Notes: generated by a model not told the origin, from the letters alone. A stretch of 64,000 bases of DNA from an uncultured Verrucomicrobiae bacterium (GCA_963719495.1 CAVRCI010000014.1:96001-160000), one strand, 5' to 3'. Shown: positions 19,642 to 29,779, counted from the first letter of the stretch. A program made the numbers and translations.

Positions 19642-21030
19642 ATGAAAAAGAAATCGGTCCGAATTGGGTTGGCGCTGGTGGCGTTAGTTGTCACGGCAGT
19701 GGTGCTGGGCTACGCGGCGATCAACTGGTGGGGGGCGCGGGTGTGGGCGGAGACGGAGGCCCGGTTGACGGCGCTGGGGGAGCCGTTGACGATTGCGGAG
19801 ATCGAGGCGGAGCCGATTCCGGATGAGCTGAATTTTGCGGCGGCTCCGGTGTTTACGGAGTTGTTTGTGAAGCCGAAGGGGGATGCGCGGCTATCTAAAA
19901 TCTCGAGTTATGCCGGAGGTGGGAAGGTAGGAGATCCGCCGATGATTCGCGGTGCCAGAAGCGTTGACCCGGAGTTTTCTGGAAGCGACGGGGAGGCGGC
20001 CCGGTTGGTTCTCGATGACGCGGAATCCGTAAAATTGATTTGGGATGAGATCCGTTCGGCGTGCGAGCGACCGGGAACGGCTTGGCCCTTTGATCTGGCT
20101 GCCGGTTTTCCAATCGAATCGAGTGCCCTCAATGGCATGCTGACACTGGGGCAGTCGTTGGGCATGCAGATTCGGGCGCATTTGATCGTCGGGGACTCCG
20201 CCTCCGCGGCTCGCGATTTGGAGTTGTTGATGAATTTATCGGAGCGGGTGCGGGAGCCGAAGGTGCTCATCAATCATCTCGTCCGACTTTCAATGGTTTC
20301 GATGGTGCTTTCCGGGATTGAATCCGGGATCGAGCTGTCGGCGTGGCGTCCCGAAGACTTGGAGCGGATGGCGGCGTTGCTTGATTCGGTCGACTTGATC
20401 CATGAATTGCAAACCACATTGCGAGGGGAACGAGTTCTCATTCAGAACATTCTTTCGCAGGTCGCAGAAGACGGCTTTGGTGCCCTTCCAGGTCCGGGCG
20501 AGGGGGGGGAAGCCATCTCCGCCATGATGCGTTTTGTTCCGAAGGGGTTGATCCTTAGTGCTCGGAGGGACTCGGCGGAAGATCTGCAAGGCTTGATCGA
20601 GGCGTTGGGTGATCGCACGGCATTGGTTTCGAGCGTGAATCGGATTGAAGACCAATGGGCTCGGGAGAAGGACTCGCCGGTGAGGTTCGCCCGCCTTCCG
20701 CTTCCCGACGCTTCGCGGCCAGCCTTGGATTCAACGCTGCGTCGGTCGGTTTATTTTCAGAGTCAGGTCGAGATGACGGTTGTGGCGTGCGCCATTGAGC
20801 TGTTTCGTCTGCGAAATGGGCGCTTGCCGACGGCGTTGGATGAGCTGGCGACGGAGGTGCCGGTGGATTTTATTTCGGGGGAGGCTTTGCGGTATCGGGT
20901 CGACGGTCGGGGCGTGGGGTTCCTGCTCTACGGGGTCGGGTGGAATCTGGTGGATGACGGGGGGAGTGATGCGCGGCCTTCGCCGAAGGCTTTCGCGAAG
21001 GCCGAGGATTGGGTTTTGGGGGCGTGGTGA
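19642..21030 (+). CDS. Membrane-anchored hypothetical protein, paralog 3
   Basis: WWGAR, LGEPLT, NFAAAP, GRLP, LLYGVGWNLVDDGG, EDWV. Confidence 0.8.
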   Translation: MKKKSVRIGLALVALVVTAVVLGYAAINWWGARVWAETEARLTALGEPLTIAEIEAEPIPDELNFAAAPVFTELFVKPKGDARLSKISSYAGGGKVGDPPMIRGARSVDPEFSGSDGEAARLVLDDAESVKLIWDEIRSACERPGTAWPFDLAAGFPIESSALNGMLTLGQSLGMQIRAHLIVGDSASAARDLELLMNLSERVREPKVLINHLVRLSMVSMVLSGIESGIELSAWRPEDLERMAALLDSVDLIHELQTTLRGERVLIQNILSQVAEDGFGALPGPGEGGEAISAMMRFVPKGLILSARRDSAEDLQGLIEALGDRTALVSSVNRIEDQWAREKDSPVRFARLPLPDASRPALDSTLRRSVYFQSQVEMTVVACAIELFRLRNGRLPTALDELATEVPVDFISGEALRYRVDGRGVGFLLYGVGWNLVDDGGSDARPSPKAFAKAEDWVLGAW

Positions 21031-21032
21031 AT

Positions 21033-21167
21033 TTTCGGAGGGACGCCGAAACTCGCACGCGAGGACGCGTGCGATCCCCGATGCAATGCGGTTTGTCCGC
21101 TTCGCGGGTTTGTTGCGAGCGTCCGAGCTGGAAGCTCGGACGGGCGGGCTGGAAGCCCGCGGTCCCC
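21033..21167. repeat. REP cluster: type A (21033-21079) plus CCGCTTCGCGG leader and type C (21116-21167)
   Basis: Hairpins CGCACGCGAGGACGCGTGCG; GTCCGAGCTGGAAGCTCGGAC; GCGGGCTGGAAGCCCGC-GGTCCCC. Confidence 0.8.
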
Positions 21168-21176
21168 GACCGGCTT

Positions 21177-23984
21177 TTAGCCGGTGGTTCTTAGGCCGCT
21201 GGCTATGGCGTTGATGCTTAGGAGGACCCTCGGGAGGATTTCGTTGGCGGACTCGCCTTCGGCGTTGCGCCACTCTTTTAGCAATTCGATTTGGCGGCGA
21301 TGGAGGACCAGGAGGGCGTCGGCTCGTAGCTCCAACGTTTTGATCATCCTCGGGCGGCGCTTTTCGACGGCTCCCTGGAAGATTTCGTCGAGCATCTTCT
21401 TGGTTAAGTCGAACTCGGCTTGGATTCTGCCCAGGAAGTGGTCTCTGATTTTTTCGTCGGGGACGAGGGCGGCGTATTCGGTCATGATGGCCGGGTCGGC
21501 GCTGGCTACGTTGGTTTCGACGTTGGTTAGGACGTAGTAAAGGACGGGGCGGCTGCGGATGTCTTCGCGGACTTTGGCGAAGAGGTCGGGCTTTTCGTTG
21601 GCGAGGGCTTGGAGGCCGGAGCCGACTCCGAACCAGCCGGGGAGGTAGGTGCGGCTTTGGTTCCAACTGAAGACCCAGGGGATGGCTCGGAGGTCGGCGA
21701 GGGATCTTTTTCCCGTGCGGCGGGCGGGGCGGGAGCCGATGCGGGTGTTTTCCAACGCGTCGATGGGGGTGGCGTGACTGTAGAAGTCGATGAAGCCTTC
21801 GGCGTGGATGAAGTCCTGATAGGTCTTGGTGCTGGCTCGGTCGAGGATGGTCCAGATGGCGTCGACCTCGGGACGGGGGGGGATTTTTCCGCCGGCTTGT
21901 TCCAAGGAGACGGCGGTGACTCCGCCGACGAGGAGTTCGAGATTGTGGGCGGCGATGGGGACGGTGCCGTATTTTTGGGCGATGGTCTCGCCTTGCTCGG
22001 TGAGGCGGAAGTCGGCCTGGATGGTGCCGTCGGGGAGGGCGTCGAGGAAGCGGTGGGTCGGGCCGGCGCCGCGGCTGATGGTGCCGCCGCGGCCGTGGAA
22101 GAAGCGGATCTGCACGCCGCTGTCGTCGCCGGCGGCGGTGAGTTCGCGCTGGGCGCGGTAGAGGGTCCACTGGCTGGCGAGGATGCCGCAGTCTTTGTTG
22201 GAGTCGGAGTATCCGATCATGACCTGCTGGACGGGGCGGGTGGCGGTGCGGCTCTGGGTGCGGTGGTGCTCGATGGAGGCCTTGGTCACGGGGTGTGCGA
22301 GGAAGGCGCGCATGAGGTCGGGGCTGCGTCGGAGGTCGTCCTGGGTCTCGAAGAGGGGGACGACGGGGAATTCGCAGACGAGGGTGCCGTCGATCCATTG
22401 GGTGAGGCCGGCTTCGCGGGCGAGGACGTAGACGACGAGGAGGTCGGAGAGGGATCGGGTCATCGAGATGATGAGGGAGCCGATGCCCTTGGGGCCGTAG
22501 TCGCGGAGGTGGCAGCGGAGGGTGCCGTAGCAGGCGAGGACGGCGTCGGCTTCGGTGCCGATGCCGGTGTCGCCGTAGAGGAACGGGCGGGGAGATTGCA
22601 GTTCGGCGGTGAGGAATTCGAGGCGTTGGTCTTCGGTCCAGTCGGCAAAGTCGGTGCCGGGGAGGTCGGCGGCGGCGAGGATCTGGCCGAGGGCTTTGTC
22701 GTGGAACGTGCTGTTTTGGCGGACGTCGAGGGCGGCGAGGTGGAATCCGAAGACGTCGACGGCGCGGCGGACGGGCCAGACGGAGGCGGCGTCGAGGCGG
22801 TGGGCTCCGATGGCGGTGAGCGAGTCGTGGAGGAGGGTGAGGTCGCCGTCGAGCTCGTGGGCGTGGCGGTAGGCGTGGGGGGCGTCGAGGAGCTCGGCAT
22901 TGGTGTCGCGGTGGTCCGCGAGGGGGAGGCGGGCGCGGAGGAGGTGGACGAATTGCCGCCAGGGTTCGTCGGGTTGCTGGGTGGCGATGACGTCGGCGCG
23001 GGGGCCGAGGAGGGTGGTGTATTCGTCGATGCGGGCGGTGAGGTTGGCGCTCGGGGCCTGGACGCTGCTGGAGAGGGGGAGGGCGTCGGCGAGGTCGCGG
23101 AGGTCCTGATCGAGGACGACGAGGGCGTTGCGGCGGAGTTCCTGGAGGGTCTCGCGGGTGACGTCGGCGGTGACGAGGGCGTGGCCGTCGCGGTCGCCGC
23201 CGACCCAGGTGCCGAAGCGGAGGCGGGGCCAGGTGTGGGGATTGGCGAGGAGCTGGCGATCGAAGCCGGCGGCGTCCCAGGCGTCGATGAGGCGTTGGTC
23301 GACGACGGGGAGGGAGCGGGGGAAGACTTCGCGGAGGTGGAAGAGGATGCCGGTGCGTTCGGCGGCGATCTGGGGTTTATCGAGGAGGATTTCGCCGGAG
23401 CGCCAGAGGCGTTCGAGCGCGACTTCGAGGGTCTCGTGGAGTCGGGCTCGCTCGGACTTGGACAGGGCGGCGTTGTCGATTTTTTCCAGGAGGCCGTGGA
23501 GGACGCGGTGCTGGGCGAGGACGGCGGGGCGCTTGGATTCGGTGGGGTGCGCGGTGAGGACGGGCTCGACGCGGACGTGGGGGAGGAACTCGGCGATGGC
23601 TTCGCCGGTGAAGCCGCCTTCCTTGAGGCGGGCCAGGTAGTAGGGCCAGGTGCCGCGGTTGCGGGCGGCGTCGTCGCTCTGCTCGCGGAGGCGGCGGGTG
23701 CGGCCGGCGGCGTTTTCCTCGACCATGTTGAGGAGCTGGAAGGCGATGGAGTAGGCCTGCTCGGTGGCGGTGGATGGGTCGAGGGTCGAGGGTCGAGGGT
23801 CGAGGGCTGGTGAGTCGCCGGTGCGCCAGGGGAGGGCGGCGGCGGTGTCGGGTTCGCCGAGGTCGACGAGGATGCCGCGGAGGCTGTCGATGAGCGTCCG
23901 GATGTCGGCGTCGATGCGGGCAATGCCCGTGGCGATGTAGTCGGATGTCGTGGTCTGAGTGGTTGGCGCCTCCTTGGTCTGCAT
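21177..23984 (-). CDS. ppc: Phosphoenolpyruvate carboxylase
   Basis: VLTAHPTE, WVGGDRDG, VPLFET, QVMIGYSDSNKD, FHGRGGTISRG, TEQGE, LRAIPWVF, GLRTTG. Confidence 0.97.
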   Translation of the reverse strand: MQTKEAPTTQTTTSDYIATGIARIDADIRTLIDSLRGILVDLGEPDTAAALPWRTGDSPALDPRPSTLDPSTATEQAYSIAFQLLNMVEENAAGRTRRLREQSDDAARNRGTWPYYLARLKEGGFTGEAIAEFLPHVRVEPVLTAHPTESKRPAVLAQHRVLHGLLEKIDNAALSKSERARLHETLEVALERLWRSGEILLDKPQIAAERTGILFHLREVFPRSLPVVDQRLIDAWDAAGFDRQLLANPHTWPRLRFGTWVGGDRDGHALVTADVTRETLQELRRNALVVLDQDLRDLADALPLSSSVQAPSANLTARIDEYTTLLGPRADVIATQQPDEPWRQFVHLLRARLPLADHRDTNAELLDAPHAYRHAHELDGDLTLLHDSLTAIGAHRLDAASVWPVRRAVDVFGFHLAALDVRQNSTFHDKALGQILAAADLPGTDFADWTEDQRLEFLTAELQSPRPFLYGDTGIGTEADAVLACYGTLRCHLRDYGPKGIGSLIISMTRSLSDLLVVYVLAREAGLTQWIDGTLVCEFPVVPLFETQDDLRRSPDLMRAFLAHPVTKASIEHHRTQSRTATRPVQQVMIGYSDSNKDCGILASQWTLYRAQRELTAAGDDSGVQIRFFHGRGGTISRGAGPTHRFLDALPDGTIQADFRLTEQGETIAQKYGTVPIAAHNLELLVGGVTAVSLEQAGGKIPPRPEVDAIWTILDRASTKTYQDFIHAEGFIDFYSHATPIDALENTRIGSRPARRTGKRSLADLRAIPWVFSWNQSRTYLPGWFGVGSGLQALANEKPDLFAKVREDIRSRPVLYYVLTNVETNVASADPAIMTEYAALVPDEKIRDHFLGRIQAEFDLTKKMLDEIFQGAVEKRRPRMIKTLELRADALLVLHRRQIELLKEWRNAEGESANEILPRVLLSINAIASGLRTTG

Positions 23985-24118
23985 TTTTCAGACGGTAATT
24001 AGAAATTTGAAATGGGGAATGAGAAATGGGGCGTCTTGCGGGAGAGGATTTCTTTGGCCGCGAAAAGGCGCAGAAGGCACAAAGAGGAAGGATGCGGATT
24101 GGCCTGAATCCTGAAGGG

Positions 24119-24237
24119 GACAGGATTTACAGGATGGACAGGATTTGTTTCAGCTTCTGATTCGGAAGGGGCCTTCCTGAAATCGGTGGGAGATTCATTT
24201 CAGCTCAGGCCATCCTGTAAATCTTGTTAATCATGTC
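24119..24237. repeat. ACAGGATT 9-mer inverted repeat, empty copy
   Basis: GACAGGATTTACAGGATGGACAGGAT (24119-24144) / ATCCTGTAAATCTTGTTAATCATGTC (24212-24237). Confidence 0.85.
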
Positions 24238-24252
24238 TGAACTTTCCGAGAT

Positions 24253-25677
24253 TTACCTCGCCTCGATTTGGTCGGCGAGGTCTTCGGCTGGGTAGGTCCA
24301 GATTTCGCTTAAAGTTGGGTGGTAGTGGGGGATGGCGGCGAGTTGGGCGGCGGTGGAGTGGAAGGCCATGGCGACGACGATCTCGTGGATGAGGTCGGTG
24401 GCGTGGGGGCCAACGCAGGCTCCTCCTAGAATTTCGCCGGTCTGGGGGTCGGCGATGAGCTTCACCATTCCGTGAAGCTCGCCCATGACCATGCTTTTCC
24501 CGTGGTCGTCGAAGGGGTAGCTGGCGGTGAGGATGGGGATGTTTTTTTGTTTAGCCTGGGTCTCGGTGAGGCCGACGGCGGCGACCTGGGGCTCGGTGAA
24601 GACCCCGAAGAGGGCGAGGCGGTAGTCCATTTTCTCGAAGGTGTCGGCGGGTTCGTCGCGGAGGAGGCGGCCGGCGTTGCGGGCGGCGATTTCGCCCTGG
24701 GTGACGGCGAGGTGGACGATTTCGAACGGGCCGCAAACGTCTCCGGCGGCGAAGATGTGGTCGGCGCTGACGCTTTGCATCGTGGGGTGGACGGCGACTT
24801 TACCGTGATCGGCGTCGACATTGGCGGCGGAGAGGTCAAGTGGTTCGGCGTTGGGTTTGCGACCGAGGCCGTTGAGGATGGCGGCGGTTTCGATCGTGGA
24901 GGTGGCTCCGTCCTTTTCGAAATGGACGCGGTAGCCAGTGGCGGTGGGTTCGATGCGGGTAACTTGGGCGCCGAGGTGGACGGTCATCCCGCGCTCCCGG
25001 TAGGCGTCGGTGACGGGGCCCGCGACCTCTGGGTCGAACCAACTGAGGACCTGGTCGCTGCGCTGAATGATGGTGACGGTGGTGCCGAGGGCGTGGAGGT
25101 AGTGGGCGAGCTCGAGAGCAACGGGGCCGCCGCCGAGGACGGTGATGGTGGGTGGAAGCTCGGTGAGGTCGAGGATGTCGTCGCTGGTGAGGATGCCGGG
25201 ATGATCAAGGCCGGGGATCGGAATGGTCTTGATGACCGAGCCGGTCGCGATGAGGAAGGCGCGGGCGGTGATCCGGCGGGTGGTGCCATCGGCGTGGTTG
25301 GTGAGTTCGAGCGTGTGGGGGTCGACGAAGGTGGCGCGGGCGCGGATGAACGCGAAGTCGCCGGTCTCGAGTTGGTCGCGGCGGTAGTCGGCGAACTCGG
25401 TGATGAGCCGGCGCTTGCGGGCGACGATGGCGGCAGGGTCGGCGGAGAAATTCTCGGCGTGGAGACCGAACTCGGCGGCGTCTTTGATCACGTTGGCGCG
25501 GTTGGCGGATTCGAGGAGGGTCTTGCTGGGCATGCAGCCGCGGAGGATGCAGAGGCCGGCGACCTCGTCACCGCCTTCGATGACGGCGGTGCGGAGTCCG
25601 GCGGAAGTGGCGGTGCGGGCGGCGGCGTATCCGGCGCTGCCGCCTCCGATGATGGCGTAGTCGTAGTCGTAGTTCAT
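24253..25677 (-). CDS. Pyridine nucleotide-disulfide oxidoreductase (dihydrolipoamide dehydrogenase-like)
   Basis: GGGSAG, redox CILRGCMPSK, GGGPVALE, AAGD, HYHPTLSE. Confidence 0.92.
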   Translation of the reverse strand: MNYDYDYAIIGGGSAGYAAARTATSAGLRTAVIEGGDEVAGLCILRGCMPSKTLLESANRANVIKDAAEFGLHAENFSADPAAIVARKRRLITEFADYRRDQLETGDFAFIRARATFVDPHTLELTNHADGTTRRITARAFLIATGSVIKTIPIPGLDHPGILTSDDILDLTELPPTITVLGGGPVALELAHYLHALGTTVTIIQRSDQVLSWFDPEVAGPVTDAYRERGMTVHLGAQVTRIEPTATGYRVHFEKDGATSTIETAAILNGLGRKPNAEPLDLSAANVDADHGKVAVHPTMQSVSADHIFAAGDVCGPFEIVHLAVTQGEIAARNAGRLLRDEPADTFEKMDYRLALFGVFTEPQVAAVGLTETQAKQKNIPILTASYPFDDHGKSMVMGELHGMVKLIADPQTGEILGGACVGPHATDLIHEIVVAMAFHSTAAQLAAIPHYHPTLSEIWTYPAEDLADQIEAR

Positions 25678-25869
25678 GGGAATGAATGCTGAGGCTTTGT
25701 CCGCAGATTAGACAGAGTGACGCGGATTTTATTTCAATCCAGGAAGTATAGATCTGCGAAATTTGGCGACCATTGCCGTCCGGAGAAGGAGGATTGCAAG
25801 AAATACGACGGTAAAGAATGGCCGCCACCAGCAACGGAGGCAGATGTGTCAAGTCGAAAGTCTCATTAG

Positions 25870-26357
25870 CCAAGTCGAAAAATCAGCCATCCGGCGCGGC
25901 GTGCCGAACGGAGTGGCCGTTTCGAAGACAATTCCCACCATTTTCCCGTCAGCGTCGAAAGCTCCCGCATCGGTGCGCGCCGCTTTGTATTCGCCGCACT
26001 GGCGCTCGTCTTTCTCACTGTATCGCAACAGGTCACGATGCATCTGTTTCAGATCGTTCTCGGTGACGGGAATGTCTCATCTCGCCATGCCTGAAACACG
26101 GTTTCCATGATTAGGCATAGCCCGCGACTTCCTACTCGTCGCGGGTCTCGGAATTGCAGATCTCCAGTTTGCCCAAATGCCGCTTAACCTCGCGGTCGCT
26201 CGGCTTGCTGTCTTCGATGCGGGTCGAAGATCCAATGCTCTCGATGGTCGCCACTCGGCGTAGCGCGCCCAAGGCGCGCCAAGCCCTTGAACTCGTCGAC
26301 TTCAGACGGCATCGCCAATAATTCGGGCGTGATCTGGCCGGTGTCCGTTCGAATCAT
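25870..26357 (-). pseudogene. Fic-family protein N-terminal remnant
   Basis: MIRTDTGQITPELL…DEFKG; RRVATIESIGSSTRIE; TRDE*EVAGYA*; HRDLLRYSEKDE…FETATP, with stops and frameshifts and no HPFxDGNGR core. Confidence 0.75.
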
Positions 26358-26583
26358 ACCTGATGAAATACCGGAGTATACCGAAGTATTTACCTGACTG
26401 ATTGCCGGATTATGCCGGATAGCTCCTTCTCCATCGACACCCTCGGGCGCTGCTCCCGGAGTTGCGGAACGACGGTGAGGTGAAGCCGTTGGCCTCGACA
26501 CCAGCAGGGATATGCTTATGGGGCATCGCCCTCTGGGCAAAGCGGCCTCAGTGAGACCAGCTAAACAGAACCCGCCGGAGTCC

Positions 26584-27027
26584 CTACGACGAAGCGGCGT
26601 TAATGACGTTCATCTCCTGCAATCCGAAGTATGACGCAGCGGCGAGAAAGTGACGATCGTTGGAAAAGACTTCGTTGAAGCCATGCTCGGCGGCACAGGC
26701 GAGATGCAGGGCGTCGGCGGCACGGAGAAAGGTGGTGGCAGGTGCCGCGGCGAGAATGGCATCGAGACGGCTCAAAGTTGGTTCCGTGACAGGCAGCCAA
26801 GTGAACAAGGAGGCCGATTGGTCACTGGAAAACTGGCTGCGTTGGGCCTGGTAGGCCTCCTTGTCCAGTCGGCCCTCACGGAAGGCACGGTGAAAGGTGC
26901 AGAGAAGCTCCGCTTGTGCATGCCAGGAAGCGGCAATAGGCGCAGTTTCCGCGAGGCTCCGAACCGCAGCGGAACCGTTTTCGTCCAGGTAAAGCCGGAC
27001 GAGATAGGTGGTGTCGAAAAAGATCAT
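26584..27027 (-). CDS. vapC: PIN-domain toxin (VapC family)
   Basis: IFFDTT, AEL, RAADALHLA, SNDRH acidic PIN residues; ATG at 27027. Confidence 0.88.
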   Translation of the reverse strand: MIFFDTTYLVRLYLDENGSAAVRSLAETAPIAASWHAQAELLCTFHRAFREGRLDKEAYQAQRSQFSSDQSASLFTWLPVTEPTLSRLDAILAAAPATTFLRAADALHLACAAEHGFNEVFSNDRHFLAAASYFGLQEMNVINAASS

Positions 27028-27302
27028 AACGGACAATCCGCCCGATCTTCCGAAATGAGATCCGTGATATCGCGATCTCCGGGCCTGGGGCGAAAGGCAC
27101 CTGCGGCCTGGAGTCTGGCAAACTCGGGCAGAACCTTGCGATTCGCCCACGGGCCGGTGCCGGCCAACCCAGTGCCCGCCGCCGGATTCAGCTCTTTTTC
27201 CAAAGAAGTCAGGACGAGTTGCCTGAGCGTTTGGTGACGTTCTATGGAACGGATTTTTGCCTTCTTGTAGAGGGACTCCGGAATGTCGATGGTCGTTTTT
27301 AT
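27024..27302 (-). CDS. Cognate antitoxin (ribbon-helix-helix-like), ATA start codon; not in ORF track
   Basis: Manual translation (I)KTTIDIPESLYKKAKIRSIERHQTLRQLVLTSLEKEL…DLISEDRADCPL*, ATGA overlap with vapC. Confidence 0.75.
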   Translation of the reverse strand: MKTTIDIPESLYKKAKIRSIERHQTLRQLVLTSLEKELNPAAGTGLAGTGPWANRKVLPEFARLQAAGAFRPRPGDRDITDLISEDRADCPL

Positions 27303-27308
27303 GGCGCA

Positions 27309-27336
27309 ACCATACGGAAAAACAGTTTGCCGTCAA
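27309..27336 (-). promoter_or_regulatory. Putative sigma-70 promoter for the TA operon (leaderless)
   Basis: TTGACG-16 nt-TATGGT, 6 nt upstream of the antitoxin first codon. Confidence 0.5.
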
Positions 27337-27568
27337 TCCGTCTCTTTGCGCATGATTTAGGCTAAGCCACTTCGTGTTGTCAGTCATCGCCCCGCCCAAC
27401 GCTTCCTCTCTGCATGGGAATCGAGAAGCCAGCAGCCTGTCGGACTGACCCGAATGGCGCTGCTTTGAGCGGGAGTTCGGGAAGCAAGATGGAGGGATGT
27501 CCGACGGATGGGCTTGAGCCCAAACTGACGTGTCTGGTGTCACTGGGCAACGGCGCGCGTCGTGCAAG

Positions 27569-27780
27569 AAGTCAGAGATTGCCTTTTTAGAAGAGCTTTG
27601 AAGTGAAGGCTGTCTCGCTGCGCTCGATTCTTCATTGCATTCAGGATGACAGGCTTGAACGACGGCGTTGCTTCGAAACGAGAATGAACCGTGGTGCCCT
27701 TATGTCATTCTGAGGTCATCCGAAGAGCGATCGACCGCCTTTCACTTCTTTACTGTTCATCAAAAGGCAATCTCTGACTT
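27569..27780. repeat. ~210 bp nested-palindrome element (MITE/REP-like)
   Basis: Perfect 19 bp IR AAGTCAGAGATTGCCTTTT (27569-27587 / 27762-27780); inner arms GAAGTGAAGGC / GCCTTTCACTTC and CAGGATGACA / TGTCATTCTG. Confidence 0.75.
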
Positions 27781-27880
27781 TTCAGGACGAGAACGGCCGA
27801 AAACCCCCTTAAAGCAGCGCCATTCCGCCCCGACACCAAATTCACTCTGTCCCGCCCCCCTCCGCAAACGCCACGGCAAA

Positions 27881-28624
27881 CTAATCCCCCGCGCCTCCGA
27901 GCGAACGTCCCGCCGCCTCGAAAACCGCACCGCAATTCACTCCCGCCAGCGCCGCAAATTCCCACCCTGCCAACACCCCGCCAGCGTTCCGCGCCGCCCG
28001 GGCCAACCCCGTTGCCTGAGCGGTCAGGTGGCCCCGCCGCTCGTCGGACGCCACCCCCGCGCTCAGCCCGATCCCCACTCCCGGCACCGCCCGCCGCAAC
28101 CCCGTCGCGCCCGCCACCGCCGCCGCCGCAGTCCCGAAAAATACGCGCAAATCCGCGTCCAACTCCACCACGTCGCTCCCGCCCGCCACCGCCGACTCCA
28201 CGGCCTCGCTCCACTCGACACCCGACGCGTGAACGCAAAACCGCGCCATCGTCCGCACCGCACCGCCTTCATTTCCCGTCAGCGAACGCCCGGCCTCGTC
28301 GTCCCTCGGATTCAGCGCCCACATCGGCACCCCGGCCGCCGCCGCCCGCGCCACCAGGTCCGCCGTTCCCCCGGCCCCATCGCCGATCCGCCCGTCCCAC
28401 ACCGCCGCCAAGACCACGTCACCGCCCCATTCCCGTGCCCGTCGCAAGGCCGTTCCCAGAATGATCTCGTTGCCAAATCCCCACAGCGCCCCGCACGCCG
28501 CCTCCTCCCGTTGCGGCGATTCCCACACCGTTACAGCCGCCTCGCACGCTGCGTCGAATCGCTCCCGCCAATCCTCCCCGACACTCACCGCGGCGTAGCG
28601 CTCCCGCTCCATCGGCAGCACCAA
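27881..28624 (-). pseudogene. Fragment of SLOG/TRAF-binding-like protein with degenerate cyclase-like tail
   Basis: VVLP…WRERF…GNEIILG…AVWDG..GDGAGGTADLV motif; lacks its N-terminus. Confidence 0.55.
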
Positions 28625-29174
28625 CGTCGTGTCGACACCACCAGCGTCAGCCGCCGCCGCGCCCGTTCCTTGGCCAGTTCCTTCCGCAGCGACTCGACGC
28701 TAAGCTGCAGCTCCCGCGTCCGCGAATTCAGATCCTCCCGCGAATCGAACTCGGAATACAGCTCGTCCCGCTCCAGCCGCCGCCCCCGGTGCGCCAATTG
28801 CAGCGCCCGCTTGTCCTCCGGCTCCGGCTCGTGCTCGTCGAACGGATAACCCTTCCCGCACAAAAACACGTAGCACGGCAACCCCATCTCCACCGCGATC
28901 TCGTATTCCATCTGCGTGAAACTCCGCCGCTCCGGCGAGCCCTCCAGCACCGGCTGCGGCTCCGCCCCGTAGAAAAACCCCGCCAGATGCACCACCGCGT
29001 TAAAGATCTCCCGCTTCGTCCGCAGCATCTCCCGCACGCTTTTGTAATCCGGCGGGAAATCGTCCGCACGATCGGCAGACATTCCATCCGTCTGAGTCCC
29101 TCACTCACCAGCGTCCGAGCGGTCCGAAGATCCCGACGCGTCGCACTCACAAAAATCCTTGGCACCGGTTGCAT
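28600..29174 (-). pseudogene. DUF4062-domain protein, frameshifted and truncated
   Basis: RIFVSATRRDLRTAR in one frame; DDFPPDY…VVHLAGFFYG…RSFTQMEYEIA…PCYVF in another; shift near 29070. Confidence 0.75.
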
Positions 29175-29318
29175 CGGGGCACCCGAGGGAAAACCCAATG
29201 CCCGGCAACAATTCTGACCCTTGCAATCTGCTTGCACGGTCAGTCGACGCCGATTTTGTCGTAAATCGGCTGCGACCGCGTGATCGAATTCTCCACCCCC
29301 GCGGAGCCCTTCAACCGC

Positions 29319-29762
29319 TCAGCCGCCATCGCGCCAGCCTGCCGACTCGCCGCGGCTCATCCGCCCCCCCGGCAGCCCCTCGCTCACCGACATCCGGGCC
29401 GTCCGCGGGTCCCGACTCGTCGCACTCACAAAGATCCTTGGCACTGCCAGCTCGGATTTGCATGGACCCAGCTGACACAGGTCCTTGGGATTCTCCCGGA
29501 GGGCGAGGTATCGGGGATGACGCAGGATGTATTCGACGTGGCCGAAGCACTGTTGAAGCGGGATGACGTCGAGGCCCAGCTTTTCACAATGCCGGAGGAA
29601 CGCGGTGATTTCCTCGTCGGTGTAAGCGAACCGATTCGGGATGATCGGATGCACGCGGATGGGAAACGTGCCTTCCCACTCGATCAAGAGCGTGTTCAAA
29701 CCCGCCGTAGCCGCTTGATCCGCGCGTTTCAGCAGCGATCGGATCTGCGGACAACAGCTCAC
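29319..29762 (-). pseudogene. GH20/hexosaminidase-like fragment fused to a second DUF4062 N-terminus
   Basis: NTLLIEWEGTFP…AYTDEEI…VIPLQQCFGHVEYILRH, then VPRIFVSATSRD. Confidence 0.7.
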
Positions 29763-29779
29763 TGAGACTGAATTGGAGT

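Noticed and set aside
15712..21030. Diversity-generating retroelement behind the paralog variation
   Set aside because: No reverse transcriptase and no TR/VR pair with adenine-specific differences seen
24253..25677. Mercuric reductase merA
   Set aside because: No C-terminal Cys-Cys pair, no NmerA domain, no mer operon context
27028..27567. N-terminal extension of VapC (327 aa ORF)
   Set aside because: The PIN domain starts at 27027; the upstream region encodes the antitoxin in another frame
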